IMG/VR virus record: IMGVR_UViG_3300009868_000005
Location: 4,724 to 68,723 of that record
DNA: 64,000 bases
Source: a virus
Taxonomy: Duplodnaviria > Caudoviricetes
Reading direction: 5' to 3' (one strand)
Shown here in pieces: positions 61,849-64,000 of this stretch. Each line of letters starts with the position of its first letter. Within the stretch, counting starts at the first letter, position 1. The position numbers and the translations under genes were made by a program. The notes under the pieces were generated by a model. The model was not told where the DNA came from and made no database searches. It was given only the letters and a program-made list of their open reading frames with translations.

Positions 61849-62543
61849 GGATCCTCCTTCGCTGCAACCACGACCGGCTGGCCGGACTCCATCACCTCGG
61901 CGTCCGTGTGAGGGGGCCTGTCCTTGGCAAGCAGGCGGGTGTACAGCGCCATCCTCTGCCTTGATATGGCCCTTCCTGCCTCGCTCGAGCACGTCCCCGC
62001 GGCGTAGGCCGCCAGGCGCTCGGAAGCGGGCAAGCTGCGGCAAGCGCCAACGCTCTGGCGCATGACCCGAAGCGTCGTGAGAAGGCACTTGGTTCGGTCC
62101 TCGCATAGCTCTTTGCCGGACCACCCCTCGGGCGTTGTCGTCGGGCTATCTTCGATCCACGTTCCCGGTTTGCTGGGGTCCGGGATGCGTTTTCGGCCGA
62201 GATTGATCTGTCCCATGCACCAGCTGCGGCCGAAGTCGTTCCACCCCGCCTTGGCGGTCCTTGCCCGCCCCGTGCCGAGGTCAACGTCTCGCCGGAACCC
62301 TGACTCCGCATGCCACCACACCGTGACCAGCATGGCCGTGTTCTGACGCCCCCGTGACCCAGTAAAGACGGGTTCGACCGCGGGGTCGAAGACCCCATCC
62401 ACGATCGTCGTCGCGATCTCGAGGTACCTCTGATCAGCTTGGGCGTGGGACTCCTGCGCCGCCGCCTCCCAGTGTTGGCGGTGGGGGGGAGACATGGCGA
62501 CCATCGTCGTCAAAATCCACGTCACAAAGGCTTCCTTCAGCAT
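61845..62543 (-). CDS. Lysozyme/lytic-transglycosylase-like protein with N-terminal hydrophobic segment
   Basis: WWHAESGFRRDV...GRSWCMGQIN...YAAG. AGGAGA RBS. Confidence 0.6.
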   Translation of the reverse strand: MLKEAFVTWILTTMVAMSPPHRQHWEAAAQESHAQADQRYLEIATTIVDGVFDPAVEPVFTGSRGRQNTAMLVTVWWHAESGFRRDVDLGTGRARTAKAGWNDFGRSWCMGQINLGRKRIPDPSKPGTWIEDSPTTTPEGWSGKELCEDRTKCLLTTLRVMRQSVGACRSLPASERLAAYAAGTCSSEAGRAISRQRMALYTRLLAKDRPPHTDAEVMESGQPVVVAAKEDP

Positions 62544-62680
62544 GACTTTCTCCTGTTGTCCGGGGGAATCTGCGTGTGGGCAGGTTTACGACACGGACAG
62601 GCGCGCCGCAAAGTTTCTCGCTGCATGCATGGCATGTGTACCGCACATGCTTTCAGATGGGAAGACAAACGGGATCGGGT

Positions 62681-63419
62681 TCAACGAGAAGACGCGTCGT
62701 ACCGACCCCTTCGCATTCCTCCCCGCTGCACCTGGCGGCCTAGCGCAGCTTCTGCATCGAAGTTCGCCGGCTCGTCCCCCAAGGGCTCGGAATCGGTGAG
62801 AAGCGGGACGGGATTGAGCAGGCGCCAAAGCCTTGCTAACGACCTTCTTGCCAGCGTCTCGCTGGTGCCGTGCCACCAAACGAATTCGGGCTCCACCTCA
62901 CGGAATTGTCCGTGTACGAGGACCTCGCACGGCCAGTCGTAGTTCCAACCGTCCTCGGCGTAGACGGGCGTTTGCCCCTCCATGCGGGCCTCCGACTCCT
63001 TGTGGCCGTCGAACTCCGGGTCCACGATCATCTCGTCTGCCCACGGTCGAACCACGGTTGCGCTGACGATCTCCGAATCCTTCACGTTCCGGGCCGTCCG
63101 ACCGATTCTCGCCCCCGCGACGCATCTCGAGCATGTGCGACCCGAAGTAGGCAATCCCATCGATGTCGGGCAGAAGCGTGATACCTCGGATGTCCACCCC
63201 GATCACAACCCCCGAAGTGCCATGCTTGATCGCTCCCGCGCTCGCGTACGATTGCGCTAAGGCGAAGTTGGCCGTGAGGTGAACACCTTCCCAGTCGCTT
63301 CCCCGAATGTGCCTGCCCGTTACGCGAAAGAACTCAGCGTCTGGTTCCTGGCAAGTTCCGCGAGAAAACATGGCGGTCTTCGGTCGGGCGTGAAGGGGGT
63401 TGCGTCTTGCTTTTCGCAT
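62681..63419 (-). pseudogene. ADP-ribosyltransferase-like gene split by an apparent +1 frameshift at a G5 run (~63112-63116)
   Basis: 5' frame: FSRGT...GVHLTANFALAQSYA...VIGVDI. 3' frame: ...VWWHGTSET. Confidence 0.45.
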
Positions 63420-63426
63420 GCTTTCC

Positions 63427-63645
63427 TCAAAACCGCATGTCGTCGGATTCGCCGTACACCCTCAGGTTGCCCCGCGGGACCACAACCACGCCGCCTGCCT
63501 CGAGCTGCACGGCAACGTTTCGGGGCCCACGGCCGATGCCGAAGGCAACGACCGTCCCGAAAGAAGCGTGATGCGGCATGGTCCTGGTCGCGGACTTTCG
63601 GTACCACAGCTGCACTCGCTGGCCTGGTTTGGGGAAGCGAATCAT
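63427..63645 (-). CDS. Small SH3-like hypothetical protein
   Basis: PKPGQRVQLWY...GPRNVAV...VVPRGNL. Confidence 0.6.
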   Translation of the reverse strand: MIRFPKPGQRVQLWYRKSATRTMPHHASFGTVVAFGIGRGPRNVAVQLEAGGVVVVPRGNLRVYGESDDMRF

Positions 63646-63884
63646 TTCCCAACCTCGTAGAAGTCCATCAGGTCAACGAGCGCTTGGCCCCGCTCGTACC
63701 ACTCATACTCCCGGTAGAAGTCCCGCCTGCCCCGCCGGTGGAGGTTCAAGATGGGCTCCTTCTGCCGAAAGAGCGAGCGAAGCACGTAGATCTGCTCGAG
63801 CGTGGGCGCCGTCCACGCTTCGACGCTCCAATTCTCAGGCATCCAGCGGAACATCCCGACTCGCTTGCAGATGCGTTCCATCAC
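63642..63884 (-). CDS. Small hypothetical protein
   Basis: Its stop overlaps the start of the next gene. Confidence 0.5.
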   Translation of the reverse strand: MMERICKRVGMFRWMPENWSVEAWTAPTLEQIYVLRSLFRQKEPILNLHRRGRRDFYREYEWYERGQALVDLMDFYEVGK

Positions 63885-64000
63885 GTCGTAGCGGCTCTCC
63901 CGATCCCCTTCCGGGTCAAACGAGTGTCGTGGCCTGACCGCGATGTGAGAGATGTTTCGATGGTCCTGCGACCTCGAGCCGTTGCCCTCGGAGAAGTCGA

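Noticed and set aside
1-64000. Prophage or IS boundaries, terminase, capsid
   Set aside because: No integrase/transposase motifs, att-like tRNA duplication or head-gene motifs could be recognised. The tRNA at 24183 has no duplicated 3' end in the window.

Overview
This window looks like 64 kb of a large, high-GC bacterial dsDNA virus (phage-like). The host is unknown. No terminase, portal, major capsid, integrase, DNA polymerase or reverse transcriptase is recognisable here, so virion type and lifestyle cannot be fixed. Layout: (1) 1-14.5 kb, a virion receptor-binding/adhesin module (beta-helix spike, Ig-like, LamG, FG-GAP propeller) built from GC-rich repeated scaffolds and AT-rich variable cores. 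(2) 14.5-24 kb, a protamine-like Ser/Arg/Lys protein, a two-domain amidase, RadC/JAB, SSB, two zincin-like proteins and an alpha/beta-hydrolase-like protein. (3) 24-30 kb, tRNA-Arg(CCT) and a leftward recombination operon (YqaJ, ParB-like, SLOG, RecT, Gp37Gp68). (4) 30-38.5 kb, an HTH regulator, Dam, two DEDDh exonucleases and small genes. (5) 38.5-41.8 kb, cell-envelope enzymes. (6) 47-51.4 kb, a glycosyl-/methyltransferase/radical-SAM island. (7) 52-64 kb, accessory small genes plus two protein-kinase-like genes overall and an ART-like gene. Best candidates for undescribed biology: (a) a shared C-terminal tag (hydrophobic helix + ADxxWRLxDR) on three unrelated envelope hydrolases; (b) about 15 sigma70-like promoters whose -10 box lies 5-8 nt before a start codon (leaderless mRNAs), together with a stand-alone ~84-nt sRNA that displays the 16S anti-Shine-Dalgarno sequence UCACCUCC in a loop; (c) a cassette array in which three different genes are joined by the same 59-102 bp stop/RBS/start junction repeat. 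All protein family calls come from motif recognition by eye, not database searches.
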